A stretch of 24,000 bases of DNA from Methanomicrobiales archaeon (GTDB lineage Archaea; Halobacteriota; Methanomicrobia; Methanomicrobiales; JACTUA01): the NCBI GenBank assembly GCA_028678905.1, contig JAJRCO010000349.1:1-24000 (forward strand), given 5' to 3'. Below, one piece after another: positions 9,142 to 16,954 of the stretch. Position 1 is the first letter of the stretch. Each line of letters opens with the position of its first letter. A program made the translations under genes and the position numbers. Below the pieces are notes generated by a model. That model saw nothing but the letters and a program-made list of their open reading frames with translations, searched no databases and was not told the origin of the DNA.

Positions 9142-11172
9142 CTACAGCAGCGGTGTCATGTTCAGCACCGGGTGCCGAACTTTTTCCAAATAGGTGGCCA
9201 GCTGTTCCAGGGTCGTGGCGATCTTCTCGTCGCCGATCTTATCGTACAGGTCACCCAGCCCCTCTTTCTGGAGCTCCTTGCGGAGGCGCTCCCCGATCTC
9301 CTCCTTCACCTGACTGGGGAGCCACACCAGCCGTTTATGCCCATCCTCCGCCTGAAAGAAACGTTCGCTGGCGATAAAGAGCTTGGAGATTCCCGCAAAT
9401 CCCGGGGTCTGGGCTCCACCCCCGATTGTCCCGGCCAGGGTGGAGAAACTCATTCCGCAGGGAGTGTCTCCCCGGTAATCCCTGTTCACTACCATGATCC
9501 CGTTCACCTCTGGCAGCACAACCGCGATGCATTCAAAGCAGCCACAGCAGGTCATGGGGGCATCCACCAGACTGTACAGGGAGCAGCGTTCGACCTCACC
9601 ATGCGAGGCTTTGCGTACAAACCGGTTCACCCCTTCAAACTCTCCCCGCCTAGCATCGATCAGGGGACCTTTCTTGACCGGCTGGTTTGCCCCCGCAGGG
9701 GAGATTTCATAGGCCGTCCTGCCATCCAGCCAGGATATGGCGCCACAGAGGGCCAGACGCTGGGGGGTGATGATGCAGACGTGATTTGGCGCGAACGTCT
9801 GGCAGAGGGTACAGGAATAAAAGATGTCCACATCCTCATCTTTCATCCCGGCAATGCGGGCGTCCCTCTCCTCATACACCTGTTCCGCGGCCTTCATGGC
9901 CTCCCTGACCTTTCCCTCTTCGGTGATCAGCGTAACCTGGACCGCGTCCAGGAGCTCTGGAAAGTCCATCCGGAATTTTGCCGCGATCAGTTTCCCCAGA
10001 TGTACGATGCGCAGCCCCTGGGCAACGGACTCCTTGGAAAACCGGACCCAGATCAGGTTTCTCTGGGCTACATGCCAGGTCCCTTCCCCGTAATTGACAA
10101 AATTGTGGATCCTTCTTTCCAGAACCGGTTCGAACTCTTTTTTCATCCGGGTACCAGCCACTTCCACGATGACTCCCAGGGGAACCGCAGATCCTTCCTT
10201 AACCTCCTCGATCTCCGGCCCGATCACCGTGACCTTTCCGTCCTCCACCGTGTCCGTGGGCCGCATCTGCAGTATCTCAAAAGCCGGGGAACGTCCTCCA
10301 CCGAATTCCACATACATCTCCTCCTTGCGGATGCTTTTGCCTTCAAAGGCAGGGGAGCAGTGCATGGGTACGGCGACCGTGGTGACCTGCACCTTGATCC
10401 TCTTGAGCTCCATACCCTTTGGTACCGCCTCAGCCACGGAGACTGGTATCCACTCACCTCCTTCGTACCCACCTCCCACGGACAGGATTGGGATACCGAG
10501 GACCCGCATCGCATCGATGAAGGCGATCTCCTCATCGGTGAGATCCGGGAAGGCGATCACAAAGGCCTTCGCCCGCTCCTGCGCATAGGCGACCAGCCTT
10601 CCTGCGTCCCCCGGTGTCACTCCTCCGAACATCAGAGCTACCCGGGCGATGATATCCACGAAATGCACGGCCGACAGGGCATCCGGCCCCAGAGGTACGA
10701 GCCGGTAGTCGACCCCAACCTTTACCCGTTCCTGTTCGAGGGCTGAGATATTTTCTCCGGTGAGGAAGGTGAGCATATACTTCTCCTGCAGCTCCCGGCA
10801 GAGACCCGCCACCATATCTCCCCGGGGAGCCTTCCCCACCAGCAGGGCAAGCCCTAAAATGCTTCCATCAACCAGGGAGTACCCCAGTTTTCGCAGGTAC
10901 GCATCAGGGATAAAACCGGTATACGGGAGTTCCGGTTTTTTTTGTCCTTCCCTGGCCGCGACTAGCGATTCCACTGCGATCAGCACGTTATTCTGAGACC
11001 GGGCGAATGCATCCTGGGCGCTCGCACCATCGCGTACTGCTGTTCCGGTCAGGGCATACGCAATAGGCAGCTGGTATGCGGTCTCTTCGTAGGAAAAACT
11101 ACCTGCCAGCCGTGCCAGATTCTCTTTGAGCACTGTATTTCCCGTCTGTACTGCCTGGTCGATCAGGGCCAT
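9142..11172 (-). CDS. acsB: Acetyl-CoA synthase catalytic subunit (A-cluster), long AcsB-type with an N-terminal domain
   Basis: The A-cluster ligand pattern is conserved: FYSCTLCQTFAPNHVCIITPQRLALCGAISWLD (four Cys) and PMTCCGCFEC, with Cys-Gly-Cys codons at 9538-9546. The spacing is the same as Moorella AcsB Cys506/509/518/528 and Cys595-Gly-Cys597 as I recall them (constant offset of 52). The 676-aa length includes about 250-300 N-terminal residues that archaeal CdhC lacks. GGAGG lies 7 nt upstream of ATG 11172. Confidence 0.95.
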   Translation of the reverse strand: MALIDQAVQTGNTVLKENLARLAGSFSYEETAYQLPIAYALTGTAVRDGASAQDAFARSQNNVLIAVESLVAAREGQKKPELPYTGFIPDAYLRKLGYSLVDGSILGLALLVGKAPRGDMVAGLCRELQEKYMLTFLTGENISALEQERVKVGVDYRLVPLGPDALSAVHFVDIIARVALMFGGVTPGDAGRLVAYAQERAKAFVIAFPDLTDEEIAFIDAMRVLGIPILSVGGGYEGGEWIPVSVAEAVPKGMELKRIKVQVTTVAVPMHCSPAFEGKSIRKEEMYVEFGGGRSPAFEILQMRPTDTVEDGKVTVIGPEIEEVKEGSAVPLGVIVEVAGTRMKKEFEPVLERRIHNFVNYGEGTWHVAQRNLIWVRFSKESVAQGLRIVHLGKLIAAKFRMDFPELLDAVQVTLITEEGKVREAMKAAEQVYEERDARIAGMKDEDVDIFYSCTLCQTFAPNHVCIITPQRLALCGAISWLDGRTAYEISPAGANQPVKKGPLIDARRGEFEGVNRFVRKASHGEVERCSLYSLVDAPMTCCGCFECIAVVLPEVNGIMVVNRDYRGDTPCGMSFSTLAGTIGGGAQTPGFAGISKLFIASERFFQAEDGHKRLVWLPSQVKEEIGERLRKELQKEGLGDLYDKIGDEKIATTLEQLATYLEKVRHPVLNMTPLL

Positions 11173-11199
11173 GGTTGCGCCTCCTCACTGTCAGTTGTT

Positions 11200-11222
11200 G
11201 CCCGTACTATAAATAAACGGGC
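11200..11222 (-). promoter_or_regulatory. Putative acs operon promoter: TATA-like box (minus strand TTTATTTATA, 11208-11217) bracketed by inverted repeat GCCCGT / ACGGGC
   Basis: The TATA centre is about 40 nt upstream of the acsB ATG. That would give a short leader containing the GGAGG. Perfect 6-bp inverted arms lie at 11200-11205 and 11217-11222, and another ACGGGC at 11238-11243. Confidence 0.4.
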
Positions 11223-11335
11223 GTAATTCACCCGCCCACGGGCTTTTCATGACCTCCAACCCGGGCAGATTGTTGATATTCCCCTCGCTTCCTAACCAGG
11301 GAAATAGGAACATCCTGTCGTGGGGCCACGTTACC

Positions 11336-11343
11336 TTAATATA
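11336..11343 (+). promoter_or_regulatory. TATA-like box TTAATATA 20 nt upstream of the aminotransferase ATG (leaderless geometry)
   Basis: No Shine-Dalgarno sequence lies between the box and ATG 11364. The spacing fits an archaeal transcription start at or next to the start codon. Confidence 0.35.
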
Positions 11344-11363
11344 CAGATTGTCGATGTAACAGC

Positions 11364-12680
11364 ATGGAACCCCTCGTCACAGTTCGCCCTCCGGGTCCCC
11401 GTGCTCAGGAGATACTGCAGCGGGATGCGGCGGTCGTCTCTCAGTCCATGGTCCGGGAATACCCCCTGGTAATCCAGCGGGCCCGGGGGATGAATATCTG
11501 GGATGTAGACGGTAACCGGTATCTGGATTTCACCGCGGGTATCGCGGTGATGAACCTCGGCTGGAACCATCCCCGGATCGTGGAGGCAGTGGTGGAGCAG
11601 TTTCCTCTCCTCTCCCACGGAGCGTTCCTTGATTTTTGTTCGGAGATACCCCTCCGCTTTGCCGAAGAACTGGTTGCACGCCTGCCTGAAAATCTCTGCC
11701 GGGTATATTATTCGAACTCCGGAGCAGAGACCCTCGAAGCCGCACTGAAACTCGCCCGACAGCACACGAAGCGGCCGTATTTCCTCGCCTTCTACGGGGG
11801 GTTCCATGGCAGAACATATGGGGCTATGAGTCTCACCGCCGCGAAAGTGATCCAGCGCAAGTATTTCGGTCCCTTTTTACCGGTGATCCATGCTCCCTTC
11901 CCCGATCCCTACCATCCGTTCGGGGGAGATCCGGCGACCTGCGCAGAGGAGGTCGTTTCCTATATCAGGGAAGAGATCTTCAGACGGGAGGTTTCGCCCC
12001 AGGAAGTGGCAGCGATCGTCGTAGAACCCATCCAGGGAGAAGGGGGATACATTGTGCCGCCGGACTCTTTCCTCCCTCTGTTGCGGGAACTGTGCGATGA
12101 ACACGAGATTCTTCTTGTCGTCGATGAGGTACAGGCAGGATGCTTCCGCACCGGGCGGTTCCTTGCCTCTGAACACACGCATACCATTCCGGACATCGTC
12201 TGCCTGTCCAAGGCTCTGGCGGGAGGGTTGCCCTTGGGAGTTACCGTCTCCTGCGATGAGGTGATGACGTGGCCTCCCGGTTCTCATGCCAGTACCTTTG
12301 GTGGTAACAGTGCAGCTTGTGCGGCCGGGTGTGCGGTGCTTAAACTCCTGCACGAACCAGGTTTCGGTGACCACGTGGAGGAAATGGGCGAGTATCTGCG
12401 GAAGAAGCTGCGGACCCTGCAGAAAGAGCATCCGATCATTGGGGACATCCGCGGGAAAGGCCTGATGACCGGCATCGAACTGGTTAAGGATCGGGAGGGC
12501 AGGAAACCGGCACAGGAAGAGAGAAAAATCATCCTTGCCTCGGCCTTCGAGGCAGGATTGACCCTACTTCCTGCAGGTGAATCTGTTATCCGGTTCTGTC
12601 CACCGCTCATTCTCGAACGAAGACATGTCGATATCGGCATCAGCATCCTCGATCGCATCCTGGAGGGAAAGGGATTCTGA
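11364..12680 (+). CDS. Class-III PLP-dependent aminotransferase (4-aminobutyrate / ornithine / acetylornithine aminotransferase family)
   Basis: Family blocks YLDFTAGIAVMNLGWNHP, SGAETLEAALKLAR, LLVVDEVQAGCFRTGRF, and the PLP-lysine block DIVCLSKALAGGLPLG. Length 438 aa. Confidence 0.85.
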   Translation: MEPLVTVRPPGPRAQEILQRDAAVVSQSMVREYPLVIQRARGMNIWDVDGNRYLDFTAGIAVMNLGWNHPRIVEAVVEQFPLLSHGAFLDFCSEIPLRFAEELVARLPENLCRVYYSNSGAETLEAALKLARQHTKRPYFLAFYGGFHGRTYGAMSLTAAKVIQRKYFGPFLPVIHAPFPDPYHPFGGDPATCAEEVVSYIREEIFRREVSPQEVAAIVVEPIQGEGGYIVPPDSFLPLLRELCDEHEILLVVDEVQAGCFRTGRFLASEHTHTIPDIVCLSKALAGGLPLGVTVSCDEVMTWPPGSHASTFGGNSAACAAGCAVLKLLHEPGFGDHVEEMGEYLRKKLRTLQKEHPIIGDIRGKGLMTGIELVKDREGRKPAQEERKIILASAFEAGLTLLPAGESVIRFCPPLILERRHVDIGISILDRILEGKGF

Positions 12681-12692
12681 GGAGGAGAGTTG

Positions 12693-14261
12693 ATGAGTGA
12701 AATGAAGATCACCTATAGCACTGTCTTAACAGATGAGAGTGTGCATCACCGATTTGAGACGGCATTGAAAAGCGTGGCAGAGGGTCTGGGTAAGAGACAT
12801 CCCTTGAAGATTAACGGAAAGAACGTCTTTGCGACCAGTGAATTCAGCGTATACTCCCCTATCGATACCTCGCTTCTGATCGGCACATTTCAGGTGGGGG
12901 AGGATGTGCATACGGAGGCAGCTATCGCCGCCGCAAAAACTGCATTTCCTCCCTGGAGTGGGCACGACTGGGAGAGGAGAACCCGCATCCTAAGGAAGGT
13001 CTCGGACCTGCTGGAGGAACGGATGTTTTCCCTGGCCGCCCTCGTGACAACGGAAGTGGGTAAAACTCGTGAAGAGAGTATCGCTGAGATCAGCGAAACG
13101 ATCGACCTGCTCCGCTACCACGCAGAGGTGTATAAACAGCAGCTGGGGTATACGCTGCCCATGCGGCCGGACCCGGAGGGAGGGACTGTCCGCAGCGTGA
13201 TGAGGCCGTACGGGGTATGGGCGGTTATCTCCCCGTTCAACTTCCCGGTCTCGCTTGCGGCAGGGATGATTTCCGCAGCTCTCCTCACGGGCAATACCGT
13301 GGTGATGAAACCCACCTCCAAGGCCCCTCTTTCTGGACTCCTCCTGTACCGGGTCTTCGTGGACGGAGGTGTTCCCGCTGACGCCCTGCAGTTCCTCACC
13401 GGCCCCGGAGAACCATTCGGCTCCCGGGTGGCCGGACATCCAGATGTCGCCGGGATTGCGTTCACCGGTTCACGGGACGCAGGGATGTGGCTGTATCGTA
13501 ATTTCTCCCGCGAACAGCCGTACCCGAAACCGCTCATCGCCGAGATGGGAAGCAAAAATCCGGCCATTGTCACCCTCCACGCGGACCTGAAGAAGGCAAC
13601 CGAAGGGATCATCCGCTCTGCATTCGGATATTCCGGTCAGAAATGCAGTGCAACCTCCCGGGTATACGTACACGCAGCGGTCGCGGATTCCTTTCTGGAA
13701 GGTCTCCGGAAGAAGGTACAGGAGATCACGGTGGGAAACCCGCGTGATAAAGAGGTATTCATGGGGCCGGTCATAGATAAAAACGCCTTGGACATCTTCC
13801 AGGAGGCGGTCGAGTCCTGCCGGAAGAGCGGCGGGAAGGTGCTGCAAGGGGGAAAGGTCCTGACCGGGAAACAGTACTCCCGGGGATTCTATATGGAGCC
13901 CACGCTGGTCACCGGGCTACCTTCCGATCACCCGCTTGTATTCAAAGAACTCTTCGTGCCTTTCCTGATCATCGAAACTTTTGAACGTATTCAGGACGCT
14001 CTGGTGCGGGCTAATGCCACCGATTACGGTCTTACCGCCGGTATTTACACGGAAAATGATGAAGAAAGAGAGTACTTCTTCAAGCATATTCACTCCGGGG
14101 TGTGCTATGCCAATCGCAAGGGCGGTGCTACCACCGGCGCCTGGCCGGGATCGCAGCCTTTCGGTGGCTGGAAAGGAAGCGGATCTACAGGAAAAGGTAT
14201 CGGGGGACCTTATTACCTGCTTTCCTACCTGCGGGAACAAGCCCAGACCAGGGTGGGGTAA
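12693..14261 (+). CDS. NAD(P)-dependent aldehyde dehydrogenase, RocA / 1-pyrroline-5-carboxylate dehydrogenase-like
   Basis: Catalytic Cys block GQKCSA, general-base block EMGSKNP (ELGGK-like) and FTGS cofactor block. The N-terminal region (GKRHPLKINGK...) and roughly 520-aa length resemble stand-alone P5C dehydrogenases. ATG 12693 has GGAGG 7 nt upstream; the TTG at 12690 listed in the ORF track is less likely. Confidence 0.8.
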   Translation: MSEMKITYSTVLTDESVHHRFETALKSVAEGLGKRHPLKINGKNVFATSEFSVYSPIDTSLLIGTFQVGEDVHTEAAIAAAKTAFPPWSGHDWERRTRILRKVSDLLEERMFSLAALVTTEVGKTREESIAEISETIDLLRYHAEVYKQQLGYTLPMRPDPEGGTVRSVMRPYGVWAVISPFNFPVSLAAGMISAALLTGNTVVMKPTSKAPLSGLLLYRVFVDGGVPADALQFLTGPGEPFGSRVAGHPDVAGIAFTGSRDAGMWLYRNFSREQPYPKPLIAEMGSKNPAIVTLHADLKKATEGIIRSAFGYSGQKCSATSRVYVHAAVADSFLEGLRKKVQEITVGNPRDKEVFMGPVIDKNALDIFQEAVESCRKSGGKVLQGGKVLTGKQYSRGFYMEPTLVTGLPSDHPLVFKELFVPFLIIETFERIQDALVRANATDYGLTAGIYTENDEEREYFFKHIHSGVCYANRKGGATTGAWPGSQPFGGWKGSGSTGKGIGGPYYLLSYLREQAQTRVG

Positions 14262-14276
14262 CAGATCTCAAATCAG

Positions 14277-14282
14277 TTTTTT
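14277..14282 (+). terminator. T6 tract 16 nt after the aldehyde dehydrogenase stop
   Basis: The sequence is aatcagTTTTTTctactttc in the convergent spacer 14262-14402. No strong hairpin is present, consistent with an archaeal-type oligo-T terminator. Confidence 0.35.
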
Positions 14283-14402
14283 CTACTTTCTAATGGTCGA
14301 GCAACCGGAAGCTAGAAAAATGGAGGTTCCGATGCATTCGATCTCCCTTGAACCATCCCTGCCAGGCAAATGAGCCACAATTTTCTGCTGTACTCAGAAA
14401 TC

Positions 14403-16034
14403 TTATACTCTATCCAGATCAGCAAGCAAGTCCTCTACCCTCTGATAGCGCTCTGAGGGGGCTTTGGCAAGGCAACGGAAAATTATTGATTCCACTGTGC
14501 GTGCCGCGGGGACTAGCTGCGAAGGTGGGATAGGTTCCTGATCCAGTATGGCCGCGATTACCTCTCCCGAATCCTCTCCCTGAAAAGGCCGGGAACCGGT
14601 CACCAGTTCGTAAAATACCACACCCAGTTGAAAGATGTCGGTTCTTCTGTCGGTCGAACCGAACCTTGAAGGAGAGATTTGCTCGGGTGCCGCGTAGGAG
14701 ACCGAAAATCCCACCACCGTTGGCATGGTCGACGCAAGTATGCGGCTCATTCCCCAGTCCGTGATCTTGGGAATGCCCTCTGCAGTTAGGAGAATGTTCT
14801 CCGGTTTAATGTCCCGGTGAATAACCCCTTTTTCATGGGCGTAGGCGAGACCGGATGCGACCCCTCTGACGATCTTTAGGGCGGCAGGAATGCCCATTGG
14901 CTTTTCCAGATCGGCCAGGGATTGGGGGATGTACTCCATCTCCACCGCCGGATAGGGGAGAATAGAAGCGTCGGTGATGGAAACGATGTTGGGATGAGAA
15001 AGGCTCTGCCAGGCCAGGATCTCCTTTAAAAAGCTTGTTCCGGTCACTTCGCTGGATGTAAGCGGCACCTTGACCGCTACGATCGCCCCGTCTTTCTTCC
15101 GTCGCGCCCGGTACACCCGGGCTAGACCGCCCACCGCAATGAGTTCGATGTCACGATATTTTTCGGCCATCGCAACCGCAATGGGGTGTGGATCGGTTAC
15201 CGCAGAGAGGGCAAGAGTCGGCCCAGATCCCTCTTTTGGTGCAGACCGGATGAGAATCGTTCTTTGCCAAAAAGAGAACGCTGCAGAGCCCCCGTAAAGA
15301 ACGAGGGCGTAAGGAGAGAGTGCGGTTTGTCCGTGCTGTACAAGGGTGATCAGGATGACCAGGACAAGGATCGCACTGCCTGCACCCTGGAACAGAAGGA
15401 TAGCCGGGAGGCGGATGAGGGAGAGGTATCCTCCTGCCAAGGCAATTGAAGTGCAGAACATACCGGCCTGCAGGACGGGAACAATGAGCAACCAGCTCTG
15501 TCCGACGCCCTGGGTGGCGAGGACCGAACCGATGATCCCGATGGCGATCAGGGCAAAAACCAGCACGGCCGTGGATTGGAAGGGTACCTCGGGCAGGGGC
15601 AGACGCCTCCGGAACTCCAGATATGTAATGGTGCCACCCAGGACCAGACCTCCGAGCAGGGCATATACTACGTCTGTTGAGGCGAAGGCATCGGGATTTA
15701 CCCGGTCCGGTGGGGTAGAGGGGGCACCCGTACTTACGGGTGTGGTTTCGATGGGAGACAGCATGGATGCTGTTTCAGCAGGTGAAGGTAAGGGTGTGCT
15801 CGTCGTTTCGGGCACCACAGTGGGGGGCGGGGGAGTTTCTATCTCCGTGATGCCATGGCGTCCTGGTTCAGGAGGGATTTGGGCTGCGCCACCGGTGTCA
15901 ATCACCGGGCTCGCCGATAGGATTGGATACGAGGCCTGGTCGGTGGCAACTAGATCGCCTGCGGTTGCGGAAGATAAAAGGATGCAGCTAGTTATGAGGA
16001 GGAGAATTCCTAAAAAGAGACCGGGCCGGCGCAC
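14403..16034 (-). CDS. Polytopic membrane Hanks-type Ser/Thr protein kinase (signal peptide, Pro/Thr-rich ectodomain, about 5 TM helices, C-terminal kinase domain)
   Basis: Kinase motifs are all present: AIVAVKVP (catalytic Lys), HRDIKPENILL, ITDWGMS (DFG-equivalent) and YAAPE. The N-terminus MRRPGLFLGILLLITSCILLSSATA looks like a signal peptide. It is followed by about 110 aa rich in P/T/S, then five hydrophobic segments. GTG start at 16034 with GGAGG 6 nt upstream. Confidence 0.85.
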   Translation of the reverse strand: MRRPGLFLGILLLITSCILLSSATAGDLVATDQASYPILSASPVIDTGGAAQIPPEPGRHGITEIETPPPPTVVPETTSTPLPSPAETASMLSPIETTPVSTGAPSTPPDRVNPDAFASTDVVYALLGGLVLGGTITYLEFRRRLPLPEVPFQSTAVLVFALIAIGIIGSVLATQGVGQSWLLIVPVLQAGMFCTSIALAGGYLSLIRLPAILLFQGAGSAILVLVILITLVQHGQTALSPYALVLYGGSAAFSFWQRTILIRSAPKEGSGPTLALSAVTDPHPIAVAMAEKYRDIELIAVGGLARVYRARRKKDGAIVAVKVPLTSSEVTGTSFLKEILAWQSLSHPNIVSITDASILPYPAVEMEYIPQSLADLEKPMGIPAALKIVRGVASGLAYAHEKGVIHRDIKPENILLTAEGIPKITDWGMSRILASTMPTVVGFSVSYAAPEQISPSRFGSTDRRTDIFQLGVVFYELVTGSRPFQGEDSGEVIAAILDQEPIPPSQLVPAARTVESIIFRCLAKAPSERYQRVEDLLADLDRV

Positions 16035-16035
16035 T

Positions 16036-16839
16036 TCACTCCTCCGCGGACAGGATGATCAGAACCACCCACGCGCTGGTTACTCCTTTCCCTAGTTCTA
16101 TCACGTCACCACTGTGCAGGGAGACCGGTGTGCCAGCAGTCAGCGGATCTCCATTCACCGCGGTCCCGCTCGTGCTCCCTGTATCCGTGACGAACCACTT
16201 TCCCTTCTCCCTAGAGACGATCGCGTGCGGGTGAGAGATTCGGGTCACCGAGACATGATCAGGGAGCAGGGTGAGATAAGAGGGGTTCTTATCAGCTGCC
16301 CTGTGTGTGTCATCTTCTCTCCCGAGTGCCACCCGGGGGACTGTCAGGGGAAAGACCCGTCCATCCTGCGGTCCGCAGATCACCACCAGGGCCGTTTCGC
16401 TACCGGTCAGGAACCGGGCGACCGATGAACGAATCTCATCGATTCTCTGCGAGATCAGGGTATCGGTCAGAGCACTTCTGATGGTGGAGAGTACACCCAG
16501 ATTCCTGATGATCATGGTAGCGACATCAGTGCTCAACGAATACTTCCACACCGGCAACATTCCCCTTGTGGTGGGCTGACCGAAACCAGCTTCCCGGTTT
16601 ACAAGGCCGGTTGCGAGGAGGCGACGGAGATGTTTTTTGGTATTTTCGTACGTCATTCCGGTATCTTCGGCAATCTGGCGAATCTCTTTAGGCTCCTTCT
16701 CAATTGCTTTCAGAATCTTCAGGCGCTGGGGGTGGCCAAGAGCTTCCATGAAGTCCGCTATTTCCTGAACGAAATCAGCGTCGTTTTCGATTGCAAGGGT
16801 CTTCCGGTCACGACATCCTGCAGCCTCTGCCTTAGTCAT
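16036..16839 (-). CDS. Fusion protein: ArsR-type winged helix-turn-helix DNA-binding domain plus C-terminal FHA (phosphothreonine-binding) domain
   Basis: wHTH: LGHPQRLKILKAIEKEPKEIRQIAEDTGMTYENTKKHLRRLLATGLVNRE. FHA signature residues: VALGRED (G-R), RISHPHAIV (S-x-x-H) and GSTSGTAVNG (N-G). Stop TGA 16036-16038 lies 1 nt from the kinase GTG start. Confidence 0.8.
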   Translation of the reverse strand: MTKAEAAGCRDRKTLAIENDADFVQEIADFMEALGHPQRLKILKAIEKEPKEIRQIAEDTGMTYENTKKHLRRLLATGLVNREAGFGQPTTRGMLPVWKYSLSTDVATMIIRNLGVLSTIRSALTDTLISQRIDEIRSSVARFLTGSETALVVICGPQDGRVFPLTVPRVALGREDDTHRAADKNPSYLTLLPDHVSVTRISHPHAIVSREKGKWFVTDTGSTSGTAVNGDPLTAGTPVSLHSGDVIELGKGVTSAWVVLIILSAEE

Positions 16840-16873
16840 GTGAACAGGATGTACACGCGATACACTATCATTG

Positions 16874-16881
16874 TTATTTAG
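16874..16881 (-). promoter_or_regulatory. TATA-like element (minus strand CTAAATAA) about 35-40 nt upstream of the wHTH-FHA start
   Basis: This is the only AT-rich block upstream of ATG 16839. No Shine-Dalgarno sequence lies in the short predicted leader. Confidence 0.3.
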
Positions 16882-16882
16882 G

Positions 16883-16921
16883 TGGTACCAGTCGGTCCCA
16901 AAGCGGGATTGCCTGGTCCCA
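16883..16921. promoter_or_regulatory. Three copies of a TGGT(A/C)CCA-like motif between the two divergent TATA-like boxes
   Basis: TGGTACCA (16883-16890, a perfect 8-bp palindrome), cGGTCCCA (16893-16900) and TGGTCCCA (16914-16921). The last two are 21 nt apart. Confidence 0.3.
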
Positions 16922-16945
16922 CGGTGGAAGTGGGGCCATTTGCTG

Positions 16946-16954
16946 AATATAAAT
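16946..16954 (+). promoter_or_regulatory. TATA-like box AATATAAAT upstream of the small secreted protein gene
   Basis: Lies about 70 nt upstream of ATG 17020, which predicts a leader of about 45 nt. That leader contains a direct repeat ATGTGCATC (16980-16988 and 16995-17003) and GAGAGG 9-10 nt before the ATG. Confidence 0.35.

Noticed and set aside
9076-10746. 556-aa + strand ORF, the longest ORF on that strand
   Set aside because: It is entirely antisense to acsB, whose identity is secured by the A-cluster motifs. The translation is Pro/Gly/His/Arg/Leu-rich with no recognisable domain. This is a typical shadow ORF of a GC-rich gene.
10936-10943. T8 homopolymer (A8 on the coding strand) inside acsB
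   Set aside because: It is in frame and encodes Lys-Lys in GQKKPE, and the ORF is intact on both sides. There is no evidence of a frameshift or phase variation, so it is noted only as a possible sequencing or slippage hotspot.
15346-16095. 249-aa + strand ORF spanning the kinase/FHA junction
   Set aside because: It is antisense to two well-supported genes and has an Arg/Pro/Gly-rich composition. Shadow ORF. The same reasoning applies to 3234..3779, 11331..11807, 11877..12431, 12990..13612 and 22064..22630.
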